Shown here: positions 40,594-50,446 of the stretch, piece after piece
How positions within the stretch are numbered: position 1 is the stretch's first letter
Layout of the letters: each line of letters opens with the position of its first letter
Assembly (NCBI GenBank): GCA_050010195.1
Contig: JBEKLM010000002.1
Location: 56,089-120,088 of the forward strand
Direction of reading: 5' to 3'
DNA: 64,000 nucleotides
DNA from: Verrucomicrobiia bacterium
GTDB lineage: Bacteria > Verrucomicrobiota > Verrucomicrobiia > Palsa-1439
Made by a program: the position numbers and the translations under genes
The notes under the pieces: generated by a model
The model's input: only the letters and a program-made list of their open reading frames with translations
The model's database searches: none
Told to the model about the DNA's origin: nothing

Positions 40594-41598
40594 ATGCAAG
40601 TTCTCATCATCGGCGGGACGGGCCTCATCAGCCGGGGGATCGTCAAACATCTGCGCGCGCGCGGCGCGGAGGTCACCGTCTTCAACCGCGCCCAGCGTGA
40701 GGACACACTGCCGCACGAGGTGAAACGACTCCGGGGCGACCGCAATCAGTTCAATGAATTCGAGCAAGCCATGCTGGCGGCGCGCTTCGACGTGGTCATT
40801 GATATGGTCTGCTTCGGCCCCGAGCAGGCGGCCGGCGCGGTCGGCGCGTTTGGCGGACGTTGCCAGCAGTTCATCTTTTGTTCGACGGTCTGCACCTACG
40901 GCGTGAAGGTGCCGCCACAAGTCCTGATCGACGAATCATTCCCCCAGGAACCCATTAGCGAATACGGGCGCAACAAACTGGCCTGCGAACAGATCTTTCG
41001 CCGCGCCCACGAGTCCGGCCGCTTTCAATTGACCATCATCCGGCCCAGCAGCACCTACGGCCCGGGCGCTCCGTTGATCGACAACCTCGAACCCAATGCC
41101 GTTGCGTGGGATCGCATCGAACGCGGCCAACCCGTGCTCTGCGCCGGCGACGGTCTCGGTCTCTGGCAGTCGACTCATCGCGACGATTGCGGCAAGATGT
41201 TCGCCTACACCGCTCTCAATCCAAAAACCTACGGCCAGGATTACAACGCCACGCGCGACGAGATCCTCACGTGGCGGGACTATTATCGCCAGGCCGCCGC
41301 CGCGCTCGGCAAATCGGCGCAACTTGTGTTCATGCCCGCCGCGTGGATTGTGCGCCACGACCCGCAACGGTTCGGCCTGCTCCACGAGATCACCCAGTTC
41401 CACGGCGCCTACAACTCCGCCAAAGCTCGTCGCGACGTCCCGGAGTTCCGTTGCGAGATCGACCTCACGCGCGGCGCCGCCGAAACCTTCACCGATATCC
41501 GCCGCCGCAACGCCTGGCGCGACAGCACTACCGATTCGCTCTATCAAACCATGATCGACGAAGCGCTTGCCTCGGGCGTGTCACCGGTCCCGGCGTAG
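40594..41598 (+). CDS. NAD-dependent epimerase/dehydratase (extended SDR)
   Basis: IIGGTGLI, YGRNK, IRPS.TYGP. Confidence 0.88.
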   Translation: MQVLIIGGTGLISRGIVKHLRARGAEVTVFNRAQREDTLPHEVKRLRGDRNQFNEFEQAMLAARFDVVIDMVCFGPEQAAGAVGAFGGRCQQFIFCSTVCTYGVKVPPQVLIDESFPQEPISEYGRNKLACEQIFRRAHESGRFQLTIIRPSSTYGPGAPLIDNLEPNAVAWDRIERGQPVLCAGDGLGLWQSTHRDDCGKMFAYTALNPKTYGQDYNATRDEILTWRDYYRQAAAALGKSAQLVFMPAAWIVRHDPQRFGLLHEITQFHGAYNSAKARRDVPEFRCEIDLTRGAAETFTDIRRRNAWRDSTTDSLYQTMIDEALASGVSPVPA

Positions 41599-41614
41599 AC
41601 GCCACCCCCAACCG

Positions 41615-42403
41615 TCATCGAAACAGGCTGGTGTACATTGGCCTCACGCGCACCGCGCCGCCGGGAAAATAAAACGTACTGCCGTAAGAAAACGTGCGCG
41701 TGACCGTATCATAGAGCAGCGTGCGCGGGCCGTCCGTGTAGTTCGGGTCATACACGTGGAACGCCAATTCGTCCGGCCCCGGCCGTTCGGCCTTCTCGAA
41801 GACGGTGACGGCGTGATTGATGTCCACGTGTGGGAAATTATAGAGCCACACCACCATCGGGTGGCCGTGCTCCATCCAGTACTGCAAGTCATCGGCCACA
41901 CAAGACTCCTCGTCCAGCGACGGCAGGAACGGCATCGGGTATTTTCGCGGATGAAAATACGTCGTCCAGCCCGCGCCCATGTTGGCCCGCAACACGCGCC
42001 CTTCTCGTTCGCTCAAATCGTGCAAGCTGGCGAAGCCGGGAAATGCGATCCGCTGTTCCAGTGGCTCGCTTGGCCACCACGCCGCGAGGTTCCGCACCCG
42101 GCGAATCCGCCGCGCCAGCTCCGCCTCCGACACCGGCGGGGCTTCCGGGTCAAATCGTGCGTGCTTCCAAAATTGCACCACGCCGGCGGCCATGATGAAA
42201 CACCGTCGCGTGTAGGCATGCTCGCGGTCCGGCGCATTCGTCGAGGAGACTGGGACACCGTTATCGTAGTTGAAAACCAGTTCGTTGGCGTAGGCGAACG
42301 TGTCGCGCTGTAAATCGAAGGGTCGTCCCGCGCCTGTCGACGGCCGGACGGACGCGCACCCAATAGACGCAGCCACCAACCCGATTGCAATCAGAATTCG
42401 CAT
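41615..42403 (-). CDS. Lipoprotein, possible papain-like fold
   Basis: Lipobox SIGC; RRCFIM...INHAV...VYDPN; start overlaps the upstream deacetylase. Confidence 0.7.
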   Translation of the reverse strand: MRILIAIGLVAASIGCASVRPSTGAGRPFDLQRDTFAYANELVFNYDNGVPVSSTNAPDREHAYTRRCFIMAAGVVQFWKHARFDPEAPPVSEAELARRIRRVRNLAAWWPSEPLEQRIAFPGFASLHDLSEREGRVLRANMGAGWTTYFHPRKYPMPFLPSLDEESCVADDLQYWMEHGHPMVVWLYNFPHVDINHAVTVFEKAERPGPDELAFHVYDPNYTDGPRTLLYDTVTRTFSYGSTFYFPGGAVRVRPMYTSLFR

Positions 42404-43113
42404 GTTTTCAACTCCAGAAGGCACTGCAAGTCCGCATCGTTGTTCGTCGATCGTGGGTGAAAATAGAACTCGTGGAGTCCGTCGCCGAGTTGTTGTATCG
42501 CGCGCCTCACCTCACCGGCTTGCATGCGAAACGTCCGGCCCAGGCCCCATAAAGTGTCGCTGCACCGATAAGGACAGCGCCGCCGCCGTGGCCTCATCCA
42601 CAACCAATCGGCTGGTCCCATCCAAACCGCATCGAAGTTGGCTGAGAAAAAGCGTGGTTTGCCAAGCCGCAGCCAACCATCAAACGACGGCTTCAACACA
42701 TCGAGTACTATCTGGTACACAAACGGATGCGCATGGAGATGATGGTGCGAATTGACGAATGCACACGTCAACCCCGTCGCGCGAAACTCCTCCCATTGCG
42801 CCCGGACCTCCTCGCGCATCAACCACCTTGCTCGCTGTGACAAACCGATGGCCCACCCCGCCCGCCGATAGGAATCGCCCCATGGCCACGCGGCGCACGT
42901 GACCGGCTGCGAGTTGTCGAGGTGCAGATGCCATCCCACGCGCAGGCCCGGATTGTCCTGCGCCGCGCGAACGGCGTCGGCTGTCCCCGGCTGGCCAACC
43001 ATCAAGCTGGCCCCATGCAGCACGCCCCGGCGATGGGCCTCGACGACGGCCCGGTTCACCTCCGTGGTCATCCCGAAATCATCTGCGATGAAAAATACTT
43101 CTCTGTGGCTCAC
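42391..43113 (-). CDS. ChbG/HpnK (YdjC) family deacetylase
   Basis: ADDFG, ASLM, GWHLHL, NSHHHLH, EFYFHP. Confidence 0.9.
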   Translation of the reverse strand: MSHREVFFIADDFGMTTEVNRAVVEAHRRGVLHGASLMVGQPGTADAVRAAQDNPGLRVGWHLHLDNSQPVTCAAWPWGDSYRRAGWAIGLSQRARWLMREEVRAQWEEFRATGLTCAFVNSHHHLHAHPFVYQIVLDVLKPSFDGWLRLGKPRFFSANFDAVWMGPADWLWMRPRRRRCPYRCSDTLWGLGRTFRMQAGEVRRAIQQLGDGLHEFYFHPRSTNNDADLQCLLELKTCEF

Positions 43114-43135
43114 GTTTGACGTAGATTCTGCACGA

Positions 43136-44155
43136 ATGGGCGAGTCGACGCAATTCCTGATCACGGGTGGCACCGGGTTTATTGGCCGACACGTCACGTA
43201 CCGGCTTCTGGGCCGGGGCGCGGCGGTGCGCGTGTTCTGCCGTGCACCGGAGAAAGCGCAACGCCTCTTCGGCAATCGCGTGGAGATTTTCCGCGGTGAT
43301 TTGCGCGATCGCGCCAGCGTGGCTGCGGCGGTGCGGGGCTGTTGCGTGGTCGTTCATCTCGGCGCCACCTTTCAGTTCGGACGGGAAGCGCGACGCGTCG
43401 CCGAGGAAACCAACGTGCGCGGCACGGAGCATCTGCTCGAAGCCGCCAAGCAGAACGGTAGCGAACGGTTCGTCTATGTCAGCTCCAGCGGCGTGCTGGA
43501 AGGGAGACCCGGATTGTTGACCGAGCACGATTTCCCGAGTGATGTCCCCCGCCATGAGCCCTACCGCCGCTCGAAATGGCTGGGCGAACTCGCCGCTCTG
43601 GCGGCCGCGCAACGCGGCTTTCCGGTAACGATTGCCAGTCCAACGTGCCCGCTCGGTGAGGGCGACGAAGCCCCAACCCCCACGGGGCGCATGGTGCTGG
43701 ACTATCTACGCGGGCGGTTCCCGTTCAGCGCGCGCGTGGGGCTGAATTTCATTCACGTCGGCGACCTGGCGGACGGCATCCTGGCGGTGGCCGATCGCGG
43801 ACGAATTGGTGAACGGTATCTGCTCGGCCATCACAACGTGTGGCTCCAGGAGTTTCTCCGAGCGCTCGCACGGGCCACAAATCGTCGAGCGCCCCGTTTC
43901 CTGTTGCCAAGGCCGGCCATCGTATTGGCGGGCGCCATCGGCGAAGCGATCGGGAGTGAACGCATTTGCCGCGAAACAGCCGCCCACGCGCGCCGGCGGC
44001 AGTGGTTCGATTCTTCGAAAGCGACGCAGGAACTGAAGTGGAACCCGCAGACACCGTTGCAGACCATCGCCGACGAGGCGGTCCGCTGGTTTCAGGTGAC
44101 CGGACGAACAAACGCGGACCTCGTCTTGACTGAGTCGAATGTCGCCGCTTCTTGA
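43136..44155 (+). CDS. HpnA-like NAD-dependent epimerase/reductase
   Basis: TGGTGFIG, TNVRGT, YRRSK, G.GD..PTPTG, GERYLLG. Confidence 0.88.
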   Translation: MGESTQFLITGGTGFIGRHVTYRLLGRGAAVRVFCRAPEKAQRLFGNRVEIFRGDLRDRASVAAAVRGCCVVVHLGATFQFGREARRVAEETNVRGTEHLLEAAKQNGSERFVYVSSSGVLEGRPGLLTEHDFPSDVPRHEPYRRSKWLGELAALAAAQRGFPVTIASPTCPLGEGDEAPTPTGRMVLDYLRGRFPFSARVGLNFIHVGDLADGILAVADRGRIGERYLLGHHNVWLQEFLRALARATNRRAPRFLLPRPAIVLAGAIGEAIGSERICRETAAHARRRQWFDSSKATQELKWNPQTPLQTIADEAVRWFQVTGRTNADLVLTESNVAAS

Positions 44156-45317
44156 ATGGACGCTGGTGGGCTGGTCGCTCCTGGCCGTGTGCTGGTGGAT
44201 CATTGCCATCAGCCTGGTTTCCTGCGAACGCAACCGATCCCGTCGAATTCGCGCGAGCGCGCCCACGACCACGCCACAAATCAAACCCACCGTTTCCATA
44301 TTCAAACCGATGGCTGCGTTGCGCGAAGCCGCGCCACCACTCTCGCTCATCTCCGCCATGGAATCGTTCGTCCGCGAGTTGGACGATCACGCGGAAATCT
44401 TGCTGGGTATCGAGGACAAGGACGCGGTGAAATGGCAGACGGTGATCGAACAGTGGCAACGGGACTTCCCGGCCGCACGCCTGAAGACTGTCGTTGCCCC
44501 GCGGCCCGCACAATTCCTCAGCCCGAAAGTCTCGTGGTTTCAGACGTTGTCCGAACACGCGACCGGTGAATTCTGGATGTGGAGCGATACCGACATTGTC
44601 GCGCCACCGGGTTTCCTGGATGTGATGCGGCAGGAACTCCTGGACGGTCACACGGGTCTGGTAACCTGCCCGTACGTCGTGCGAAACGTCGAAAGTGGGC
44701 CGATGATGTTGGAGGCGTTGTTCGCGAACATCGAGTTCTATCCCGGCGTGCTGTTCTGCGGTCGAACCGGTCTGGTCCAATTTGGGCTTGGCGCCGGAAT
44801 GATGTTTTCGTCGGCGCGGTTCCGCGACCGCGTGAATTGGGAAACACTGGGCGCACGCCTGGCGGATGATAACGCGCTGGGTCGGGCGCTGGCTCCCATG
44901 AAAGTCAGCCGGGTCACCTTGGAAACACAGGCCTCGGAATCGAACTGGAGAGACGCCATCCAGCACTACATGCGTTGGCAAAAGACGGTACGCTGGTGTT
45001 CGCCGGCCGGTTATGCGGGTCTGGCTCTCATTGTGCCGGCGCTGGGGTGGCTGGCCGCAGCCCTCACGCACCCGGGTTGCGCTGCAGCATGGCTGGGACT
45101 GTTGGTGACCACCCAGATAGAAATCCTGACGGCGGCCGTGCTATTCTGGTTGGTCGGCTGCGACCTGCGCCCCTGGTGGGCGTCCTGTTTATGGAGCATG
45201 CTGTTGCGGCCACTGACCTGGCTGGCCTGTTGGGTGCCATGGCCGGTGATGTTTCGTTCGCAGAACCGAAAATGGTGGAGCTTGTATCGATCGGCTCCGC
45301 TGGGAGGAAAAACATGA
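44139..45317 (+). CDS. HpnI/ceramide glucosyltransferase-like GT2/GT21 enzyme
   Basis: VSIFKP, PKV, SDTD (DxD), LADDNALG, RWQKTVR; N- and C-terminal TMs. Confidence 0.85.
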   Translation: MSPLLEWTLVGWSLLAVCWWIIAISLVSCERNRSRRIRASAPTTTPQIKPTVSIFKPMAALREAAPPLSLISAMESFVRELDDHAEILLGIEDKDAVKWQTVIEQWQRDFPAARLKTVVAPRPAQFLSPKVSWFQTLSEHATGEFWMWSDTDIVAPPGFLDVMRQELLDGHTGLVTCPYVVRNVESGPMMLEALFANIEFYPGVLFCGRTGLVQFGLGAGMMFSSARFRDRVNWETLGARLADDNALGRALAPMKVSRVTLETQASESNWRDAIQHYMRWQKTVRWCSPAGYAGLALIVPALGWLAAALTHPGCAAAWLGLLVTTQIEILTAAVLFWLVGCDLRPWWASCLWSMLLRPLTWLACWVPWPVMFRSQNRKWWSLYRSAPLGGKT

Positions 45318-45700
45318 AGCAGGTGCTGCAGTTGCCGCCATGGTTGTTCATGGCCGGATTCATCATGTTCCAGGTATGTGGAAGTTTGCTCCTGCGGGTG
45401 GCCAGTCAACGAACTGGTTGGGCGGCGTTTGGGTGGTTCTCCTTCGGCAATTTCGTCGGGCTCTGCGGTGTGACATGCATGACGCTGACCCTGCGGACGC
45501 AAAATCCGAACCTCACGTTTGCCCTGTGCCAGGGCGGGGCGTTCTGCGTGTTGCAACTCGCGTGCTACTGGGCCTTCCGGATTCCGTTGCGACCGGCGCA
45601 GTGGATCGGCGTGGCGTTCATTGCCGCCGGGGTCGTCTGTGTCCAGTGGAACGGTGCCGCAGCGAAGTTCCACCCGCAAGCGGTGGCACAAAATCAATGA
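45314..45700 (+). CDS. Small 4-TM SMR/EamA-like transporter or flippase subunit
   Basis: GGAGG RBS; four hydrophobic helices ending QWIGVAFIAAGV. Confidence 0.7.
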   Translation: MKQVLQLPPWLFMAGFIMFQVCGSLLLRVASQRTGWAAFGWFSFGNFVGLCGVTCMTLTLRTQNPNLTFALCQGGAFCVLQLACYWAFRIPLRPAQWIGVAFIAAGVVCVQWNGAAAKFHPQAVAQNQ

Positions 45701-45748
45701 ACCCGGAATCCGGATATCGACGAAAGTTTCTTACGGGAAGTTGACGGG

Positions 45749-47986
45749 ATGAGTGAACGCGTTGTCGTGACGGGCATGGGCGCGGTGACGCCGTTGGGCT
45801 TGGATTTCCCGAGCACATGGCGGCAACTCGTGGCGGGAAGGACTGCCGCGGCTCCGGTCACGCTGTTTGATGTGGCGAGTTGCCGTTGCAAACAAGCGGC
45901 AACGTGTGCGCTCCCCGATTTTGCTGACCTTCCCGCCAAAACGTTGGCGCGGCTGTCCCGCGCCAGCCGACTCGCCCTTGCCGCCGCCCGCGAAGCGTTG
46001 GCGGATGCGCGCTTGTTGGATAGCCGGGGAAAGTCGTCCGTCCCTCATCTGCCGCTTTCCGTCAGCACCACGGGAGGCGGGATGGCGTTGGGGGAACAAT
46101 TTCTAAGTTCCATGCTCGCCCAACATCGTGGTCCGGGACAGTTTTACCGCGCTTCTCGATATCAGGCACAGCATCAAACACACGATCTCCAGCGACATCT
46201 CGGTTTTCACGGGCCAGTGACGATCATCGCCAATGCCTGCGCCAGCGGCGCCAACGCCATCGGTCACGGCGCGGACCTGATCCGATCCGGTGCGTGCAAT
46301 TGTGTGCTGGCCGGCGGCTACGAGGCGTTGACCGAATTGATCTACGTCGGCTTCGATTGCCTGCAGGCCATGAGTCCTGACTGCTGCCGTCCATTCGATG
46401 TGGCCCGCAATGGTCTGATGCTTGGCGAAGCGGCCGCGTTCGCGGTGCTGGAATCGGAATCCCACGCGCAGGCACGCGGTGCGCAGATTCTGTGCGAACT
46501 GGCCGGCTACGGTCATGCAACCGACTTGCATCACCTGACCCAGCCGCATCCCCGCGGAGCGACTGCGGTCACCGTGATGCGCCGGGCCATCGCGCAAGCC
46601 GGCGTGAACGTGACGGACATCGGCTACGTCAACGCGCACGGCACCGGCACTCCCCTTAATGACGTCAGCGAGGGCAAGGCGTTCGCCACGATGTTTGGGG
46701 ATGGCTCAACCATTCCGCCACGCCTGCGAATCAGCTCAACCAAGGCCGCCATCGGACACACACTGGGCGCGGCGGGCAGCGTCGAAGCCCTGTTCGCCAT
46801 CGCGGCCCTACAGTCAGGCCAATTACCGCCAAATTTGAATGTCCAACAGCCCGAACCGATGGTCGCCGCAAACCTCGTTGTCGTGGGCGAACGACGGATG
46901 GATATCCCGGCAACGTTAACGGTAAATCTCGGTTTCGGTGGATCGAACGCCGCGCTGGTTTTCAGGAGATACGAGCCACATCCGCGCGCAGCGACGCATG
47001 CCGGTGCTCACAAACCGCAGATGTCTCTCGCCATTTGCGGGATGGGCGCGCTGCTTCCCTCGGAAACGTCTCCGCGCATGAAAGGCCTGAACGAATCAAC
47101 CGGCGAACAAGTCGTTTGTTGCGTGGACAGAACTCGCGAGCCCCTGGCAACGGTACAGAACGAGGCGCGGGTACGCCGGGCCAGTCCGCTCACGCTGTAC
47201 ATGCTCGCGGCGGCGCAGCACGCGCTTGCGGCAGCCCCCGAATTGGCCCGAGATCGACTGGGCGTCGTCGCCAGTTTCAACACGGGCGCGGTTGTGGCCA
47301 CCCGACGGTTTTTTGAAGGTGTCATCAAGACCGGCCAACGCTTTGCCAGCCCGAATCTCTTTCCCGAGACAGTGTTCAACTCACCGACCAGCCACGTCGC
47401 GGCGGTGCTTGGCGCCGCCGGGCCGTGCTATTCGCTCGTGGGCGACGACGCCGCCTGGGTCACTGCGATCCGCGTGGCGGCCGCGTGGCTGGCCAACGGT
47501 TTGGTGGACCACGCACTGGTCATCGGCGCGGTCGAACTCGATCCTATCGTCATCGATGCCTTCGCGCGGACGGGTTGGTTGCCGCCACACGGACAAACCG
47601 GCTATGTGCCGAGCGAAGGCGCCGGGGCCCTGCTGTTACGGCGCGCGGAATTGCAAGACGATCTGCAGATCGTGCAGTTGGCCGACGGGTTCACCTACCG
47701 CAACCGGAACGATGCGCCGGGTTCCGCGCGGGATTGTCTGGCCCAATTCCCCGCGGACGTCGTCCGGTGTCACACCGCCCAGCACAACTGGTTTGGCCGC
47801 ATCGAAGAGCAGTTGCCCGGCGGCAAGCGGGTAACGTTGCCCTATCATGGGGACGCGTTTGTCGCGTCGGCCGCATGGAACACAGTCGCCGCCGCGGAAC
47901 TCGCGCGCCGCGAACACCGCAGGATTTTACTGCCGGTATGGGGGTTAACCGGCGAATGTTCAGCTTTGCTTTTGGCCGCGGAATGA
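45749..47986 (+). CDS. Ketosynthase fused to chain-length-factor-like domain
   Basis: N-half ACASG (Cys), NAHGTGT, GHTLGAAG, GFGGSN; C-half ASPNLFPETVFN, SEGAGALLL with no catalytic triad. Confidence 0.9.
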   Translation: MSERVVVTGMGAVTPLGLDFPSTWRQLVAGRTAAAPVTLFDVASCRCKQAATCALPDFADLPAKTLARLSRASRLALAAAREALADARLLDSRGKSSVPHLPLSVSTTGGGMALGEQFLSSMLAQHRGPGQFYRASRYQAQHQTHDLQRHLGFHGPVTIIANACASGANAIGHGADLIRSGACNCVLAGGYEALTELIYVGFDCLQAMSPDCCRPFDVARNGLMLGEAAAFAVLESESHAQARGAQILCELAGYGHATDLHHLTQPHPRGATAVTVMRRAIAQAGVNVTDIGYVNAHGTGTPLNDVSEGKAFATMFGDGSTIPPRLRISSTKAAIGHTLGAAGSVEALFAIAALQSGQLPPNLNVQQPEPMVAANLVVVGERRMDIPATLTVNLGFGGSNAALVFRRYEPHPRAATHAGAHKPQMSLAICGMGALLPSETSPRMKGLNESTGEQVVCCVDRTREPLATVQNEARVRRASPLTLYMLAAAQHALAAAPELARDRLGVVASFNTGAVVATRRFFEGVIKTGQRFASPNLFPETVFNSPTSHVAAVLGAAGPCYSLVGDDAAWVTAIRVAAAWLANGLVDHALVIGAVELDPIVIDAFARTGWLPPHGQTGYVPSEGAGALLLRRAELQDDLQIVQLADGFTYRNRNDAPGSARDCLAQFPADVVRCHTAQHNWFGRIEEQLPGGKRVTLPYHGDAFVASAAWNTVAAAELARREHRRILLPVWGLTGECSALLLAAE

Positions 47987-48016
47987 CCTAATAAAATCGG
48001 GAACACGTGTGAGGTC

Positions 48017-48289
48017 ATGGCTGAAATCACGCTGGATGAATTAAAAAGGCTGGTCGTGGAAAATTGCGTCCTCAAAATCCAACCCGAGGAAATCGGGGAA
48101 GCGACGCCATTATTCGGGCCGGGGAGCGTCGGTTTGGATTCGCTGGACGCACTGCAATTGACCGTCGCCATCGAACAGCAATATGGGATCGTGATCAACG
48201 ACGCGAAGGTCGCCCGCGAGGCGATGCAATCACTGGGCACGCTTCGCCGTTGGCTGGCACAGCAACACGGTCCCCGCGCGAAATCGTAG
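48017..48289 (+). CDS. Acyl carrier protein
   Basis: LFG...GLDSLDALQL. Confidence 0.93.
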   Translation: MAEITLDELKRLVVENCVLKIQPEEIGEATPLFGPGSVGLDSLDALQLTVAIEQQYGIVINDAKVAREAMQSLGTLRRWLAQQHGPRAKS

Positions 48290-48296
48290 CACCATC

Positions 48297-49553
48297 ATGA
48301 GCACTCCGTTCGTGTACGATACCATCATCATCGGCGGCGGCCCGGGCGGCACCACGGCGGGCGCATTTCTGGGCAGGGCCGGCCAGCGGGTGCTCTTGCT
48401 GGAACGAGAGGTCTTTCCCCGGTTCCACATTGGCGAATCGCTGCTGCCCTTCGGCAATGACGTGCTCAAGGAAAGCGGCGTCTGGCCAAAAATCGATGCG
48501 GCCGGGTTCCAACGGAAGTACGGGGCCGAGTTTTTTGTCAGCAATGGTTCGCGCTGGCAGCGATTTTGGTTTGCGCGCGGGCTGGTGCCCGGGTATGGCG
48601 CGACATTCCAGGTCGAACGCGCAAAGTTCGACCACATGCTGCTGGATCACGCGGCAAGTTGCGGGTGTGAAGTGCGCCAGGGCTGTCCGGCAAACGATGT
48701 CACGCGCGAGGGCGACCAGTGGCGCGTAGAATTGGATAACAGCGATGTGCGCGGGCGTTGGCTGATTGACGCGAGCGGGCGCGACGCCTTTTTGGGACGC
48801 GTTCTGGGATTCACGAGGAAGCCGATGAACCTCACCAAGCGCATTGCCACGTATGCACATTTCAAGGGCGTCTATCGCAACCCGGGCGACGCCGAGGGGA
48901 ACATCACCATCGTGCGGCTGGAGGATGGCTGGTTCTGGTTGATTCCCCTGGCGGAGGGGAAAACGTCGGTGGGCATGGTGCGGACGCTCGACGATCTGAA
49001 GCGATTTGGAAAAACTGCGGAAGAATGGTTCACGAAAACGGTGGAGTCGAGTTGTGAGTTGACGAGACGAATGAAGGGGGCGGAGCGGGTGAGCGAGTTC
49101 TACAAGACCGGCGATTACAGCTACCGCCACGATCAAATGGCCACCGACCGCGCGCTCATGGTGGGAGATGCCGCGGGTTTCATCGACCCGATTTTTTCAT
49201 CCGGAGTACACATCGCGACAAAGTCCGGACAGGTTGCCGCCGAGCTGATTCAACGTGCGGATGCCGAAAAACGCGGGCTCACCACAAGGGAGCAACGGCG
49301 GTATTCCCACAACGTGCACCGGTACATGGAGGTCTATCGCCAGATGATTTCGATGTATTACGACAACCGGTCGTTTGAAGTGTTGATGCACCCCAAAGGA
49401 CGCTTTGGCATCGTACCGGCGGTGACCTCGATCCTGGCGGGCAACTTTCATCCGTCGTTTAACATGTGGTGGCGTGTGAAGCTGTTTCGCATTATTTGTG
49501 CGATTCATCGTCGCGTGCCGATTGTGCCACGGCTGGACTACTCCGAGGCTTGA
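48297..49553 (+). CDS. Flavin-dependent halogenase-like oxidoreductase
   Basis: GGGPGG, FPRFHIGES, GFQRKYG, WFWLIP, GDAAGFIDPIFSSG. Confidence 0.85.
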   Translation: MSTPFVYDTIIIGGGPGGTTAGAFLGRAGQRVLLLEREVFPRFHIGESLLPFGNDVLKESGVWPKIDAAGFQRKYGAEFFVSNGSRWQRFWFARGLVPGYGATFQVERAKFDHMLLDHAASCGCEVRQGCPANDVTREGDQWRVELDNSDVRGRWLIDASGRDAFLGRVLGFTRKPMNLTKRIATYAHFKGVYRNPGDAEGNITIVRLEDGWFWLIPLAEGKTSVGMVRTLDDLKRFGKTAEEWFTKTVESSCELTRRMKGAERVSEFYKTGDYSYRHDQMATDRALMVGDAAGFIDPIFSSGVHIATKSGQVAAELIQRADAEKRGLTTREQRRYSHNVHRYMEVYRQMISMYYDNRSFEVLMHPKGRFGIVPAVTSILAGNFHPSFNMWWRVKLFRIICAIHRRVPIVPRLDYSEA

Positions 49554-50446
49554 AACCACATTATTCGCAGACGCTGTACCGCGCCTTCTGGTTCGACACG
49601 GGCGTCCGACTCGCGCGGCTCCTGGGAGTCAGGGGCGCCCGACGGACCGCTCGTGTGCTCGCCGAAGCCTACCGGTTGGCCCATCCACGGGCGCAATCAG
49701 CCGTGCGCGAAAACCTCGCCCTCTTGTGCGGACCGCAGCTTCGGGAAAGCACCGTGTGCAACACGTTCGGCAATTTTGGGGCGACGCTGGCGGATTATTT
49801 CCAGCTCGGGGCGCGCACCAAGCAGGACGCGCTGGCCCTGATCGAATCGCGATGCGGGTTCGAGCATATCCAAAACGCGTTGGCCGATGGAAAAGGGGTG
49901 CTGCTGGTCACCGTGCACACGGGATTATTCGAACTCGGCGGTTTGCTGATGGAGGAATTCCGTCTGCCGCTGGTGGTACTCTCGCTGCCCGAGCCGAGCC
50001 CGGCCCTCAACCTGTGGCGCGCGTCGTATCGCCAGCACTGGGGCGCGGAAACGCTGGAGGTCGGCGTGGGCCAATTCAATTTCATGGAGATCGCGCGCAA
50101 ACTGGGCGAGGGCAAATGCGTCGCCATGCTCATGGACCGTCCTCAGGGTAACGGCGACGTCGTGCTCGTGGATTTTCCGCATGGAAAAGTGCCATTCTCG
50201 ACCGGGCCGGTCTGGCTCAGCCTCTTGACGGGAGCGCCGCTCGTCGCCGCCATCATTTTGGCGACCGAATCCGGCGGATACGCGTTCGAAGCGCTCCCAC
50301 CATTGCGCACGCAATGGCGCGGACCCGACCGCGCAGCGACCGTCCGCGAATTCACGCTCGAACTGGCCAGCCGTTTTCGCGAGCCGTTATGCAATCATCC
50401 CGATCAATGGTATCAATTTGTGCCGCTGTCGCGGCTGTGCTCATAG
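49550..50446 (+). CDS. LpxL-type lipid acyltransferase
   Basis: HTGLFE (HxxxxE), LMDR, V.F, HPDQWYQF; TTG start overlaps the upstream stop. Confidence 0.88.
   Translation: MKPHYSQTLYRAFWFDTGVRLARLLGVRGARRTARVLAEAYRLAHPRAQSAVRENLALLCGPQLRESTVCNTFGNFGATLADYFQLGARTKQDALALIESRCGFEHIQNALADGKGVLLVTVHTGLFELGGLLMEEFRLPLVVLSLPEPSPALNLWRASYRQHWGAETLEVGVGQFNFMEIARKLGEGKCVAMLMDRPQGNGDVVLVDFPHGKVPFSTGPVWLSLLTGAPLVAAIILATESGGYAFEALPPLRTQWRGPDRAATVREFTLELASRFREPLCNHPDQWYQFVPLSRLCS

Noticed and set aside
42391-45317. Standard hopanoid biosynthesis operon
   Set aside because: No shc, hpnC-H or hpnJ-type gene in the window; the genes run directly into the KS operon
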